DNA of 64,000 nucleotides, from positions 62,001-126,000 of the forward strand of contig NW_021835690.1 in NCBI RefSeq assembly GCF_006345805.1. Reading direction: 5' to 3'. A program made the translations under genes and the position numbers. The notes beneath the pieces are model-generated. The model was not told where the DNA came from. It saw nothing but the letters and a program-made list of their open reading frames with translations, and searched no databases. This document shows, in pieces, positions 1 through 12,643 of the stretch. Every line of letters begins with the position of its first letter. Position 1 is the stretch's first letter. Origin of the DNA: Octopus sinensis. Its lineage: Eukaryota.

Positions 1-5
1 CACAC

Positions 6-49
<44 letters not shown>

Positions 50-257
50 CATGTGTGTGTGTATATATATAGGGATATACAAAGACTGAAAATATTCAGA
101 ATTATCAAGTATAATTTTTTTTTTCTTGTTTCAGCTCAGAGCTGCGGCCATGCTGATGCACCGCCGATAGATGTTTATATAGTTATATATTTATAACAGA
201 GACTTACATGAAGTACAAACAGTACAGAAAGCTAAGATAAGGGAGCTTGACATTTCG

Positions 258-355
258 AGTCCGACAGCTGTTTCTGGGAGCTCAGAATTTCAAAAATAAA
301 TGATATTTGATGCATATAACCATCACCGTAAAACCGGCCTCCGTCTTCAGGGTGA
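258..355 (-). ncRNA. Degenerate type I hammerhead ribozyme motif
   Basis: Minus strand reads CC-CUGAAGA-C-GGAG...CUCC-CA-GAAAC-AGCU-GUC-GG. Helix III ACAGCUGU is palindromic; helix I is reduced to 2 bp. Confidence 0.5.
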
Positions 356-764
356 AGAGATTGGCATCTGCCGGTTTATAAATGTCTATATACTGATACA
401 TGAACGTTCATCTGAAAATTTTCATTTGGGTTTTCTCTATATATACATCTCAATATATATTTACATGTATGTATGTGTGTATGTGTGTATATTTTATATA
501 TCAAGCCCAAGAGTGTTTATTTGTTTATTTGCATCATTATCTCAATATGTATATATAAACATATATACATACATGTATACACACACGTACATATAAACAT
601 ATAAAACTACTATGTATATGTGTAGATATGCATACATAAACATAGCCGGCACACCAATATAAAAACCCATGAAAAACACGCCTTGTAGAAGTTAGGGCCG
701 AATAGATTTTGGATGCTTCTTTGGTCACATTTATCTTTACAAAAATATGTTCGCCTGATCTGTC

Positions 765-890
765 TGTGAGCGGTTCGGCAAAAAAGACCGATAGAATAAG
801 TATTAAGCTTACAATGAATAAGTCCTGGAGTCGAATTGTTCGACTAAAGGCTGTGCTTCAGCATGGTCGCAGTCGAATGACTGAAGCCAA
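765..890 (+). mobile_element. 3' fragment of CORE-like SINE (family A)
   Basis: GCGGTTCGGCAAAA-AGACCGATAGAATAAGT...CAGCATGG-CGCAGTC-AATGACTGAA matches the 3' half of the full copies at 11558 and 53164. Confidence 0.75.
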
Positions 891-1579
891 TTTAAAAATG
901 TGTGTGTGAGTGTGTGGTTACTACATATTTTATTTCATCAAATTAAAGATTGGTGTGAAGCTCCTAGGCCCTGACATACTGTGGGTTGCATATAAAATAC
1001 ACCTCGTGCGATATAAGCAAAATAAAAACAAAAGATCCAAGAGAACAAAGTAGCATAGACAAAGAAATACGTATAAAGAAACGGTAAATGTTTCTACTGT
1101 TAAATCTTTTTATATCCTCAATAAACTTATTTCTGAACGGTATGGGCGGGCTAAGTATATATGATGTACAAATGGTTGTTTAATTATTTGATAGCAATTA
1201 GACAGATGGAAAACTGCAAAAGTGTAATCAGATGCGAAATTGAATAAATACGTTCCGTTTTATTTCTTTCTAAGTGATTTCTATAAACAGAAGCGATTGG
1301 AATGAAATTAAAGTAATCGGCACATCCATGTTCACTTATAATAATTATAGAGAAGTAATTAGAAGCTAAAATAGATTGATAAAATTTCTTCCACCTTGTG
1401 TTTCCTGCCAATGAGGTAAGTTATTTGATAGTTAATATCATTCAGTGTGCGAGACTGTCTTTGTTCAAATGAATTTTATATCATATACATGTGTATATGT
1501 GCATACATATCAGCATACATGCACACAAAATCACACGCATATATATATGTGTGTGTGTGTGTATGTATGCATAGTTATG

Positions 1580-1618
<39 letters not shown>

Positions 1619-1794
1619 ATACATCAATATATATATGTTTATATATCTAAGTATATAGATTAAATATTTACACATACATACATATATATATAAATGTTCT
1701 TATTAGTGTGTCTATATATGTATATGTATATATATATATGTATATGTGTGTATATATATATATATATGTCAATCTATATATCTATATCACACAC

Positions 1795-1805
1795 ACATAC
1801 GTACG

Positions 1806-1839
<34 letters not shown>

Positions 1840-2013
1840 CATACATATATACATACATACATACATACATACATACGTACATACATAAACACGTACATAC
1901 ATACATACATACATATATACGTACGTACAAACATACATGCATGCATACATACATACATACATACATACATACATACATACATACATACATACATACATAC
2001 ATACATACATACA
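1795..2013. repeat. (TACA)n microsatellite within a larger TA/TG low-complexity block (~1480-2580)
   Basis: Direct reading; source of the HTYI/MYVC ORFs. Confidence 0.95.
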
Positions 2014-2233
2014 TAGGTGCTGATGTATAAAATTCGTATTTCCAAATCTTGGATCGAAACAGAACAGCAAATGACTTTCGGAAATTTACTGTCTTTATGC
2101 TTACCGTTTAAAAGTTTTTGTAGAGGCACAAACAGTGTGTAATGGTTCGATTCTGGACAATAGGCATTATTCTTTCAAACTCGTGACATGTATATGTATA
2201 TACATACATACATATATATATAAATATATATAC

Positions 2234-2275
<42 letters not shown>

Positions 2276-2971
2276 ACACACATAAATATATATATATAAA
2301 TAAATGTGTATATTTATATATTTATATGTGTGTGTGTGTATGTATATGTATGTATATGTGTATCTATATCTATGTATATATGTATATTTATATGTGTGTC
2401 TGTATATATATGTATGTCTATATGTATAAATTTATATATATATATATGTATGTATGTATGTATATGTGTATCTATATCTATGTATATATGTATATTAATA
2501 TGTGTGTATATATATATATATATATTTATGCATATGTATGTGTATATATTTGTTCATTTATTTTGCACACAGGTTTATTTCATAATGGATAAATAAAGTA
2601 ATAAATGTATCATTAAATATACCTAAATGTATAATTTGCTAACATTACTTAACGAAATTACATTGAGGCCAGATTATTTATTATGATGGACGTTGTAGAA
2701 GTTCCTTATTCTAACTGAAATTTATTGCTTGAGGGAAAACAAGGTTTTATTTTATAGTGCATCCTTTGTAGGTTTCTTGTATTGAGACTAAAGGGTTGTT
2801 ATTTTAAATTTTAAATTGTATAATAATGTGGCATATCAAAAAAAATTTTTTAAGTGGATTAATTCATAATATTTCGTAATAAGTTCAAGTGAAGATATTT
2901 GTATTGACTTTGGGATGTGTCATTATATTCGTACTTAAGTATTTATTATAAATCTTAAGCTATCTTCGTTA

Positions 2972-3310
2972 TATTGAGTTGGCAACTAAGTTCCCGCCGT
3001 TTTTTTTTTATTTTTTAAATGTTTAATAAAAAATCACAATTAATTCATCAATAATGTATTCACCCTTGTTGTTTACAACTTCTTCCCAACGTTCAACAAG
3101 ATTTTCGAATACCTCCTTGGTAGAAATAACCCGATTTCGACTCGAAAAATTGATCCAACCAAGCTCTCAATTCTGCATTAGTATTGAGCGAAACTCCGCG
3201 CATAGCATTTGAAAGAGATCCAAAGAGGTGGAAATCCGTTGGTGCCAAATCAGGAGAGTACGGTGGATGTGTTTGAGGTTTGAAATCTAACGCCACGCCA
3301 CATACTATGA
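2972..3310 (-). mobile_element. Mariner (DD34D) transposon 3' fragment with one terminal inverted repeat
   Basis: ORF 3093-3296 has HPPYSPDLAPTDFHLFGSL, continuing after a frameshift as LVERWEEVVNNKGEYIID. TIR-like TATTGAGTTGGCAACTAAG at 2972 follows TA. Confidence 0.9.
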
Positions 3311-3663
3311 GGTGGAAAATAGTTGAAAAATTAATACCATATGTAAACAGTTAAAAAAAGATGTCAGCAATGCTTAGCTGAAAGAGCACAGATTCTTTTC
3401 AGATCCAAGAACTCCGCCACACTTCTGAATTCCAGATGCGAAATTTCAGTAGATTGCAAGTGGAGCGGCCATGCTTACACTGTCAAGTCAGAAAGAAAAA
3501 TAGCACGATCAGGCTCAAACTTCGATCACGTGACCACAATAGTACCAACTATAAGCATGTATGCACAGAAGGCAGTGTGACAATAATATATATATATATA
3601 TATATATATGTTATGGGGAAAGTACAGGTAAATTTTTACTTACCCTCGTATGTATGTGTGGGT

Positions 3664-3698
<35 letters not shown>

Positions 3699-5205
3699 TC
3701 GACTAAAACAACTTTTTAGTGAAACATATTTAGCATAACTGGAGAAAAGAATTCACACCTTAATTGTGATCAACACCTGTTTCACAAAGATAAACATCTT
3801 CAGATGTATAATTACAGAATTTTGAATTGTCAGATAAGATTAATTAATTATAATTTAATTAATTTTAATTTAATTAACCTAAATGCTATGTTCATCCACA
3901 TCATCAGGAATGATGTTTTATGTTAATAAAGACACCGTTTATCAGCTTAAATATCAATCAATTTAAACCACTAACGCTTTTCTGATTAACGTAACACAAA
4001 ATTTCTAATGATTTCAGTAAAAACAGCTTTTAAATTAATTTAATTTCAGTTAATTTCATTTAGATTAATTAATTAACGCACTAATATTATTAGTAAAATA
4101 AGGAGTTATTGTACATATTAAAAATTTGGCTGTATATCCACTGAGCTGGAAACTTTTCCGTAAATATTACAAAATGCTTTACAGGTATATACATAATATT
4201 ATGTTTGAGAATTTATATATAAATGTCCCTAAATGTGACCCGGGTGTTAGAAAACACCTACATTGCTAGAAATAAGAGCTAAATGCTATAATGCTGTACT
4301 TAAACGCACATAAAGGGAAACATATACACTAACAAGGACCATAATCGTCCGAAAAGTGCCGGTCGAGAATTCTTAACCATGGTAGTAAACAGGATGTGTT
4401 TAAATTTTATTTTTTAATTACTTAAATGTTCATGGTCTTGTGTTTTTGCCCTTTCGTGTACCTATGGGCAGAATTTATTTAGGTACGTGTACACATTTTC
4501 TTCGTCGCCTATTATTACCACCACTTGGAATTTTACTGGCCATCTAGGATATAAGATTCAGCATTATCTTTTTGTAGGTAATTAACTAATAGTATTTTAT
4601 CTATTTATTTTATTCATATTTATTTTATGCTGAGAAATTACAGAAGGCCATAAGCGGCCTCGTGCCACTTATATTACTGTCTTCTCCCCCGCACTTCATA
4701 TTTACTGGTTCGTTTTCTTCTTTATTTACATATCCCCTGTAACGGTCTTAACTTTTGCCCTTGGTTCAAATATAACTGACCAATTGTTGAGATGGATAGA
4801 CTTTGATCAATTCCATTGCAGATAACAACTGCTGGTCTCTACAATATTTCAGTAAGCACACCATTATAAGAACCCTACGGTTTGGGTTTTGGATAATTAT
4901 CAACTAGCCCTATTTGCGATATCATAAGTACTATTCTTTTTCTAGACATATTGGTAATTCTTGTCTTATTTTAGTACTAACTTCATTTCACGACTATTCA
5001 AACATCCTGGCTCCCCCTTTATATAGAAATAACCCGTAAATGTTTCCCTAGACCACTGCTAGTTCACTCTTTTGCCTATCGACTTCAAAGCTCCACACTG
5101 CAAGATGGTATGATTTTAATATATTGAGCCTTTTTAACCACTTCTCGAGGCCCTGCTTTCTCCTATTCCTTCTTCTCTTCGTTTATTTTATTTTACGCAT
5201 TTGTA

Positions 5206-5324
5206 TTCGCTCTGATGAAGCTCCATGTACTAGATCAAATGTGCTATGAAGATGACGAATATTATTTTCGGAATTTCTTTCGTAAGCACCGACTAACATC
5301 GGAAGCGGAAACGGCCGTAAGAAA
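5206..5324 (+). ncRNA. Degenerate type I hammerhead ribozyme motif
   Basis: CT-CTGATGA(5212-5218)-A-GCTCC...GGAAGC-G-GAAAC(5308)-GGCC-GTA-AG. Helix III ACGGCCGT is palindromic; helix I is mostly eroded. Confidence 0.5.
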
Positions 5325-7013
5325 CGTTATGTCATGTTTTGGTGCGCGGTTCAGAAACAAATGTTGTGATGAATTATCAAAGTCTCATATCCTCTGTTCT
5401 CATCTTATATTTTTCTTATATCAATCTTATGGAAACAGGGTTTCCACTTGTGTACCCATCCCTAGAATATATCCTACTGTAGGATAACATGTGGTGGCCA
5501 AATTTATTTATCTATATATGTGTATGAGTGTGTATTTATGTATATGTATGTATATATGTGTGTGTGTGTGTGTATTTATGTATATGTCTTTGTGAGTGTG
5601 TATGTGTATGCATGTTCACACACATGTATATATTTCAACTGATGCATGCAGGTACATACACACAGATGCGTTTATGTTTCTATCCTGATGAATAAGTATG
5701 ATCAGCATCCTCTACATATTCTTATTAAATTGTATCTCAATATGTTAATACAACGATGTATCCCACAATCCATTAATCGATCGATAAATTTGACTTTATG
5801 TTTTGCTTTTATGTTTTTTAGGTTTTGAAGTCTGCACAACATAAATTTTAACAGATAGACACAACTTCACCGAGTTGATAAATGTGTTACTTTACGCACA
5901 TAGTAGGTTTCTGTGTTTGCGTGTGCGTGACTGTTCATGAAACTTTATTTATGAATAAAATATTATTTAGTGAATGCTACAAGGGTATTGAGATACTTTA
6001 GGCTCAATCTCTGTTTTATGTGTGATGTTCCTTCGTTGTATTTTGAGAAGATCGTGATTCAGAGCTTTATGACTGGTTGATTTGATAGTTTAAATCAGAT
6101 ACGGTACTAACCACAAATGCACTGCGTATAATGTTAACTTTGCAGTAGATTTAGTGAATTCTTATATTTCAAAGCAAAATATATCCATTTATATCAAGAA
6201 TACATGTGTAATAGAATCTGGCGTAAAACATTAAATCTTCTGACCGTAAATAATAAACATTAATATAGTTACCTCCTTGCCGTCTAATCTTTCTTTTCAT
6301 TGACTTTTTTTTGCGAACAGAGCCTATTGCACACGTATTCTAGATATATAATGGATTTTTTTCTGCTTTTGAAAAGTCTACTTCAAAGTTAACATTATTC
6401 GTATTGGATTTATTGTTGTTTTGTACGCAATACATCTAAAGCAAGTGAAACAACGTCCTGAGACTTACATTTCAGAGCATCAGGGAATTAATTTTCTAGA
6501 CTATAGGATATTACAGGAATGCAGATCACACAGTCATATTCATTACAGTCTTTTTGGTTATGAGAAGAATGCCGACCAATGTTACATCTACAAATAGCTT
6601 TGACTGCGTTCATATAGTATGGCACTGGTATAATTCAAGGCTTACTAGTATGTATACCATGGAAAGGAAAACGCAACGAAATCTGGGGTAAGGTATATTT
6701 TTTTCATTTGTTAACGAATAAGTTCACTAATTTAAGATTGACAGTGGTGACAGCCATCGACTCAAGTCAACAGCTTCTAATCATAAAAGTGGAGGTGTGA
6801 TGTACAGGTACCCAAGAATCGTCATTGAAACAGACACAATCGCAATTTAGAAAAAATGCTGCTTTCACTTTTGAATGCATTCATATTGAGACGACAATAA
6901 TAACACACACATGCAAACTCGTGTGTGTGTGTGTGTGTGTGTTTATATATGTATGTGTATATATACGTATATATATCTTTGTGAAACAGTTGCTGGTCAC
7001 AGTTATATACGAG

Positions 7014-7104
<91 letters not shown>

Positions 7105-7504
7105 TGAGAAAGAGAGAGTGTGTGAAAGTGTGTGTGTATATGTGTATGTGTAACTGTATAATAAAAATCGATGTCTGTGTGTGTCTGTCCACCTATAGGA
7201 AGAAAAACTACAGCGTCGATATAAAAACTAAAAGTTTTTTCGTGTGTAAAATTTCACGACGAAGACAATGGAAGTGGTCCCGAGTCTCTAGCGGTCCTCC
7301 GAAGGAAGCTACTGGCCCTTTTCCAGCATGTATAAAATTGCATTTCAAAAATAAATGAAGGGTCTAAGGAAATTAATTTTTATGCGCCACTTCCAAATTA
7401 ACAATAAATAAATGAAGGGTCTAAGGGATATAATTTTTATCGGATTAACATACCACTTTCTGCTTTATCGGTTTCAGCTCAAAGCTGCAGCCATGCTTTG
7501 CTAC

Positions 7505-8130
7505 CCTATTGTTATTATTGAGAGCCTCCTCTGATATGTGGAATTTGGTGAATAAAGGACTTTGATGTTGCTGCCCTCATTTGCGCCTCCTGTCGCGAGG
7601 TAGGGTCATCTGAGACTCTCCACAGGAAGAGATCCAGTTTGGTTTTGAAAACATATACATTCACTTTCTGTAGGTCTCTCAGGCTCTTTGGGAGAATATT
7701 AAAAAGCTGTGGGCCCTTGAAACCCAGGTTGTTGCAGTAACTGGTCCTGAAGCGCGACGGCATTGCTGGGATCTTTGGTACTGTACAGTGGCGACCGCTT
7801 CTGGTATTTGTGTAGCTTTAAATGCCAAAATTTCGGACAATCCTTTCCAGGATCTTCCAGATGTATATTATTGCATATCTCTCCCACCTTCGCTCCATGG
7901 AGTAGAGTCTTAGCTGAAGCGAGCTCTGGAATTGCCTCGACTTTACTTCCAGGAGGTCAAACAGCTCACGCAGCATTCAAGCCCCCATTCAATTTAACTT
8001 CAAATGATGAACCTGTCTGTAATATTAGTAAAAGTTCTTTAGCTCAAGTTCTCATGAAATGTTCTTTGATCTTATGGCACGAAGCTACAATGTTGCTCCA
8101 TAAAAAAATCAGTAGATGCTGTTAACAGAA
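7505..8130 (-). mobile_element. CR1/L2-group LINE, decayed 3' end of ORF2
   Basis: Minus frames give LYSMERRWERYAIIYIWKILEGLV and NNLGFKGPQLFNILPKSLRDL...FKTKLDLFL..V.DDP, typical RT C-terminal motifs of this group. Stops and frameshifts present. Confidence 0.8.
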
Positions 8131-8185
8131 TGCTGCAGGATTTACGCAATTCTAATTGTTTGATGAGAGGTGTAGTAAGTTGAAT

Positions 8186-8225
<40 letters not shown>

Positions 8226-8231
8226 GTGTGT

Positions 8232-8306
8232 ATACGGCGGACTTCTTTCAGTTTCCGTCTACACACAAGGCTTTGGTCGACCCGACGCTATAGAAGAAGA
8301 TACTTC
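8232..8306 (-). mobile_element. CORE-like SINE (family A) internal fragment
   Basis: CTTCTTTCAGTTTCCGTCTAC...AAGGCTTTGGTCG-CCCGA-GCTATAG matches family A. Confidence 0.7.
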
Positions 8307-8601
8307 GAAACACGCTATGTCTGCTAGCGACAGCTGATGAAGGGGATTTTTCCTTGTGCAGCATGTCCTGTACTTCGTTTTTCTGCTGTACATAATTGTT
8401 TTTCCCGTTTTCGTTGTCGTCTTGTTCCACGTCTCTGTCCTTCTGTTGTAACAAAATGGCTTTTCCGTTTTCGTTTCTGTTGATTTTTACGTCTTCTTGT
8501 GGTGTCCTGTACGTATATATATTTATATATGCATGTATATATACATGTAGATGTCGGTACGTACATATATGTTTGTATGTATGCATATATTTTATTTATT
8601 A

Positions 8602-8635
<34 letters not shown>

Positions 8636-8639
<4 letters not shown>

Positions 8640-9100
8640 TGGCTAGACAAAATAATGGAAACACCTTAAAATTTCAAACAAATTTATTCTACTATCTGGT
8701 AGGGCCGCCTTCGGCAGTAATTACAGCTTGAATTCTACGAGGTATGGAATCGTACAAAGTTTGAATTATTTCCAAAGGAATTTTTGTCCATTCTTCAGCT
8801 AAAACAGTCTCCAGTTCTTGTAGTGATGATGGTGGAGGATATCGACTCCTTACTTGTTTTTATAAAATGCACCAAATATGTTCAATAATATTGAGATCTA
8901 GGGACTGTAGTGGCCAGATAAGATGTTCTACTTCACCAGAATGTTCCTCGTGCCATTCAGTAACAACTTTATCTGCGCGAATTGGTGCATTATCATCCTG
9001 AAATAGTGGGTTTCCCTCCGGAAACAGTTCCGAAACCATAGAATGAATTTGATCAGATAAAATGCTTAAATAGTCTTGACTATTAATTGTACGTTTCTTC
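8636..9100 (-). mobile_element. Tc1-like (DD34E) transposon 3' fragment
   Basis: Minus translation: LFQDDNAPIRADKVVTEW...WPLQSLDLNIIEHIWCIL*KQVRSRYPPPSSLQELETVLAEEWTKIP...LYDSIPRRIQAVITAEGGPTR. TIR-like end near 8636-8665 abuts (TA)n. Confidence 0.9.
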
Positions 9101-9493
9101 CCTTAAGATTCGACTGTTAATATCTTGAAAATCTAGATACGAATACCATAATATACACAGCCTTTTCAATTATTGATCTTAACAATAGAGAATTTTATAT
9201 TATACAGTATTTTATATTTTACAATTTTGTATACGTTGTTTCTCTTACTTTGTCATTTTCTACAGTTTTAGGTGAATACAAACGCCATTTGTTTTCGATA
9301 TTTACTTATATCATACCCCAGGCGAGATACGATGTATGGTTAGTAAAATACTCTGCAAGGATGCTTGGTTCGCTCAGTAAAAGGAAAATAATTTAGTTTA
9401 AAACAATGGTTGTAATTTTACCTAATGCCGCTAAATCGTAAATACAATTGAAAGTAAAATTAAGCTATATATATATATATATATATATTATTT

Positions 9494-9690
9494 ATTTATT
9501 TTATAGAAGGAGCTTCTACAGGACTAGAACTGTTTCATTCAAAAGAAATCATCAGGAAGCTTCCTGATGATTTCTTTTGAATGAAACAGTTCTAGTCCTG
9601 TAGAAGCTCCTTCTATAAAATAAATTAATTTACTCTGCTATGTATTGAGTACCTTATTTACTGTGGTTAACCCCGACTCAACCCGGGACC

Positions 9691-9692
<2 letters not shown>
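9494..9692 (+). mobile_element. PLE/retrozyme-like fragment with a perfect 132-bp fold-back and an HHR core
   Basis: 9494-9625 is a perfect palindrome (axis 9559/9560). The right arm holds CTGATGA-T-TTC-TTTT-GAA-T-GAAAC-AGTTCTA-GTC. Same family as 23593-23765; flanked by (TA)n. Confidence 0.7.
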
Positions 9693-9749
<57 letters not shown>

Positions 9750-9845
9750 CGGGAAGCTTTATGAAAATAAACAAAAGACGAAGGCAGGTAGAGTACAAAC
9801 AAACAATTGTATTAGTATGGCGCTCAGGAATATAAATAAAACAAG

Positions 9846-9883
9846 TCTTTTACGTTTCGAGCCTACGCTCTTCAACAGAAAGA
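9846..9883 (-). ncRNA. Minimal type I HHR-like motif with CUGUUGA core variant
   Basis: UCUUU-CUGUUGA-A-GAGC-GUAG-GCUC-GAAAC-GUA-AAAGA: 5-bp helix I, 4-bp helix II with tetraloop, loopless palindromic helix III (ACGU). Confidence 0.55.
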
Positions 9884-10045
9884 TACACAGAAAAGAAACA
9901 CGGAGAGAAACAAGGAAAGAAAAAAAATGTGTGCAGAAGCTAGCGATTCAACATATAATTCAAACTTACAGAAAACAAAAGACGAAGACAGCTGTAGGAA
10001 CAACAAGCAGGTATATTAATTTAATGTTCGGGGAAAATGAAAAAG

Positions 10046-10083
10046 TCTTTTACGTTTCGAGCCTACGTTCTTCGACGGAAATG
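10046..10083 (-). ncRNA. Second, more decayed copy of the minimal HHR-like motif
   Basis: CCGUCGA-A-GAAC-GUAG-GCUC-GAAAC-GUA-AAAGA, about 200 bp from the first copy in a diverged tandem duplicate. Confidence 0.4.
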
Positions 10084-10639
10084 ATTTAGAGGAAGAATAT
10101 GGAGAGAATGAAATGAAGACGGAGAGAAAAAAAGGGCAGAGTTCAGCGGTCCAACATGACGAGATGACTAGAAAAAAGAGGTTGAATGAAAAGGAAGCCC
10201 GTTGCGCATGTAAGACTCCGGAAGCTCCAACAAAACATTTGATAAAGAGAAACAATAATAATAATAACGGTAAAGCTTTGAAGAGTGGCTCCCAACTAAC
10301 TAAGGTGCACAAGCGTATTGTGAGTGTGTATGTGTGAATGAGGATGTGTGAGTCTAACGTATGTGTGTGTGTGTGTGTGTGTAGTTGTTGATGTGTGCTT
10401 GTTCAGGTGATGTGTGCGCATGTATGTGTGTATGTGTGTGGGGGTGACTATATATATATATATAGTCACCCCCCACACACATTCCTATGTAAATATTTAT
10501 TTAGATATAACCGGTTTTTTTTATATATAAACATTCACATGATCCTTGTCCTAGAAAACGAGAAAGTATTAATAGAAATGCAAAAAAATGATGAATAGTC
10601 ACCCCCACACACATACACACATGCACACACATACACACA

Positions 10640-10719
<80 letters not shown>

Positions 10720-11237
10720 TGATAAAAGAAAATATGTATTTTATCTCTTTTCTGGATTTGAGAATACAAGATCTACCTGTGACGCCTATACACAAACACC
10801 TACATTTCGCGTACATATGATTATGTAGAACCAAAATCCATTTGCATAAATTTGAGCTATGGCAATAAATACTCCCATCTCGCCTTCCTTTGAAGCATAC
10901 CGCAGGATATAAACATATATTTTGTGTTACTCTTGCAGAACTTTAACTGCTTTTATTTCCTGTCGCGATGCCATATCCAAGTGCAGCATTTCAAGCATTG
11001 GAAGAATACAGACCAAAAGACTTTTCAAAGACAATTGTTAATTAAGCATAAACTATAATAATTTGGTTCTTACATCTTACGCTCTTCATCCAAAGACTAT
11101 ATTAATTAACTAACGTATCCTCCTATAGCTCTACTCTGTCTCTTTTATATTCATTACATCTTTTATATCTCATGTCTTCATTTATGTGCATCAGAATTAA
11201 TTTTACCCTATATATATTAAATTCGATAAACAATATA

Positions 11238-11402
11238 GGCGCAGGAGTGGCTGTGTGGTAAGTAGCTTGTTTACCAACCACATGGTTCCGGGTTCAGTCC
11301 CACTGCGTGGCACCTTGGGCAAGTGTTTTCTACTATAGCCTCGGGTCGACCAATGCCTTGTGAGTGGATTTGGTAGACGGAAACTGAAAGAAGCCCGTCG
11401 TA

Positions 11403-11455
<53 letters not shown>

Positions 11456-11535
11456 GTGTGTCTGTATTTGTCCCCCTAGCATTGCTTGAGAACCGATGCT
11501 GGTGTGTTTATGTCCCCGACTGAAACAAGTAAAAA
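11238..11535 (+). mobile_element. CORE-like SINE (family A), internally deleted
   Basis: tRNA-like head GGCGCAGGAGTGGCTGTGTGG...GGTTCAGTCCC, CORE-like ACCTTGGGCAAGTG, central TA/TG microsatellite, then a jump to the GACTGAAACAAGTAAAA tail. Confidence 0.85.
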
Positions 11536-11557
11536 AAATATATATATATATAATATA

Positions 11558-11945
11558 CAGGAGTGGCTGTGTGGTAAGTAGCTTGCTAACCAACCACATG
11601 GTTCGGGTTCAGTCCCACTGCGTGGCATCTTGGGCAAGTGTCTTCTGCTATAGCCCCGGGCGACCAATGCCTTGTGAGTGGATTTGGTAGACGGAAACTG
11701 AAAGAAGCCCGTCGTATATATATGTATATGTATGTGTTTGTGTGTCTGTGTTTGTCCCCCTAGCATTGCTTGACAACCGATGCTGGTGTGTTTGCGTCTC
11801 CGTTACTTAGCGGTTCGGCAAAAGAGACCGATAGAATAAGTACTGGGCTTACAAAAGAATAAGTCCCGGGGTCGAGTTGCTCGATTAAAGGCGGTGCTCC
11901 AGCTTGGCCGCAGTCAAATGACTGAAACAAGTAAAAGAGTAAGAG
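11558..11945 (+). mobile_element. CORE-like SINE (family A), near full length
   Basis: Head, CORE-like segment, central microsatellite, 3' body and (GTAAAAGA)-type tail. Confidence 0.9.
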
Positions 11946-12197
11946 TATATTCAGTAGAATATATTTAGTATCACGATATTTGTTGCTACACGTTTCAGTT
12001 ATAGAACGCTTTATATAAACATTTGTTCAAAAACGGAAACCAAATGTACCAATATGAAGGCTAAATATCATACGTGAACGTTGTACCCACTAAATAATAA
12101 TTCTCTTCCTAAATTTTCATTCAGATATACTCTCTTATAATAGGCACCAATCTATTTGGAAAATAGTATTGTTCTCTTCTTTCATACTCAGTGTAAG

Positions 12198-12229
<32 letters not shown>

Positions 12230-12453
12230 TATATGTATATATATATTTAAGTAGGTGAATGAATTATCCTATGTTTATCGTCAGCATGGAAAATTCGTTT
12301 AACCGAAACCTGGGTAGCAAATTCACGTCAGAAAACACGGTTGAAGCGACCTGTCAAGGGTAGAAACTCCGGGTTCATGTGTAGAAATTTGTGTGTTGTA
12401 TATGAATAAATGAAAGAATGGAGTCGAACGAAGATGTTAACAAAATTCCTTTA

Positions 12454-12494
<41 letters not shown>

Positions 12495-12559
12495 ATATAT
12501 ATAATTAGTGAATGGAAGAAATGGAGTTGAACGAAGATTGTACAGAATTCCTCTTATTA

Positions 12560-12643
12560 CATTCTACACATGTTTCAAAGGCCACAATTTTCCAAATTCT
12601 GATTAAATAAGGATACCATATTGCAGCTTTCTCTTCAGGAAAA
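12560..12643 (-). ncRNA. Degenerate type I hammerhead ribozyme motif
   Basis: UUC-CUGAAGA-GAAAGC...GCCUUU-GAAAC-AUGU-GUA-GAA. Helices I and II are partly paired; next to (TA)n. Confidence 0.45.

Noticed and set aside
1447-2592. HTYI/MYVC/IYIY ORFs here and throughout the track
   Set aside because: Translations of TA, TG and TACA microsatellites; no coding evidence.
3770-3812. CTGAAGA...GAAAC-AGGT-GTT on minus
   Set aside because: No helix I or II pairing and helix III is not palindromic; too degenerate to call.
8304-8345. GAAAC...GTC...CTGATGA as a permuted hammerhead
   Set aside because: Helix I does not pair next to the core and helix II is not convincing; it sits at a SINE junction.
11238-11310. 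tRNA-like sequences at SINE heads
   Set aside because: They have A/B-box-like motifs but no full cloverleaf and run into repeat bodies; not tRNA genes.
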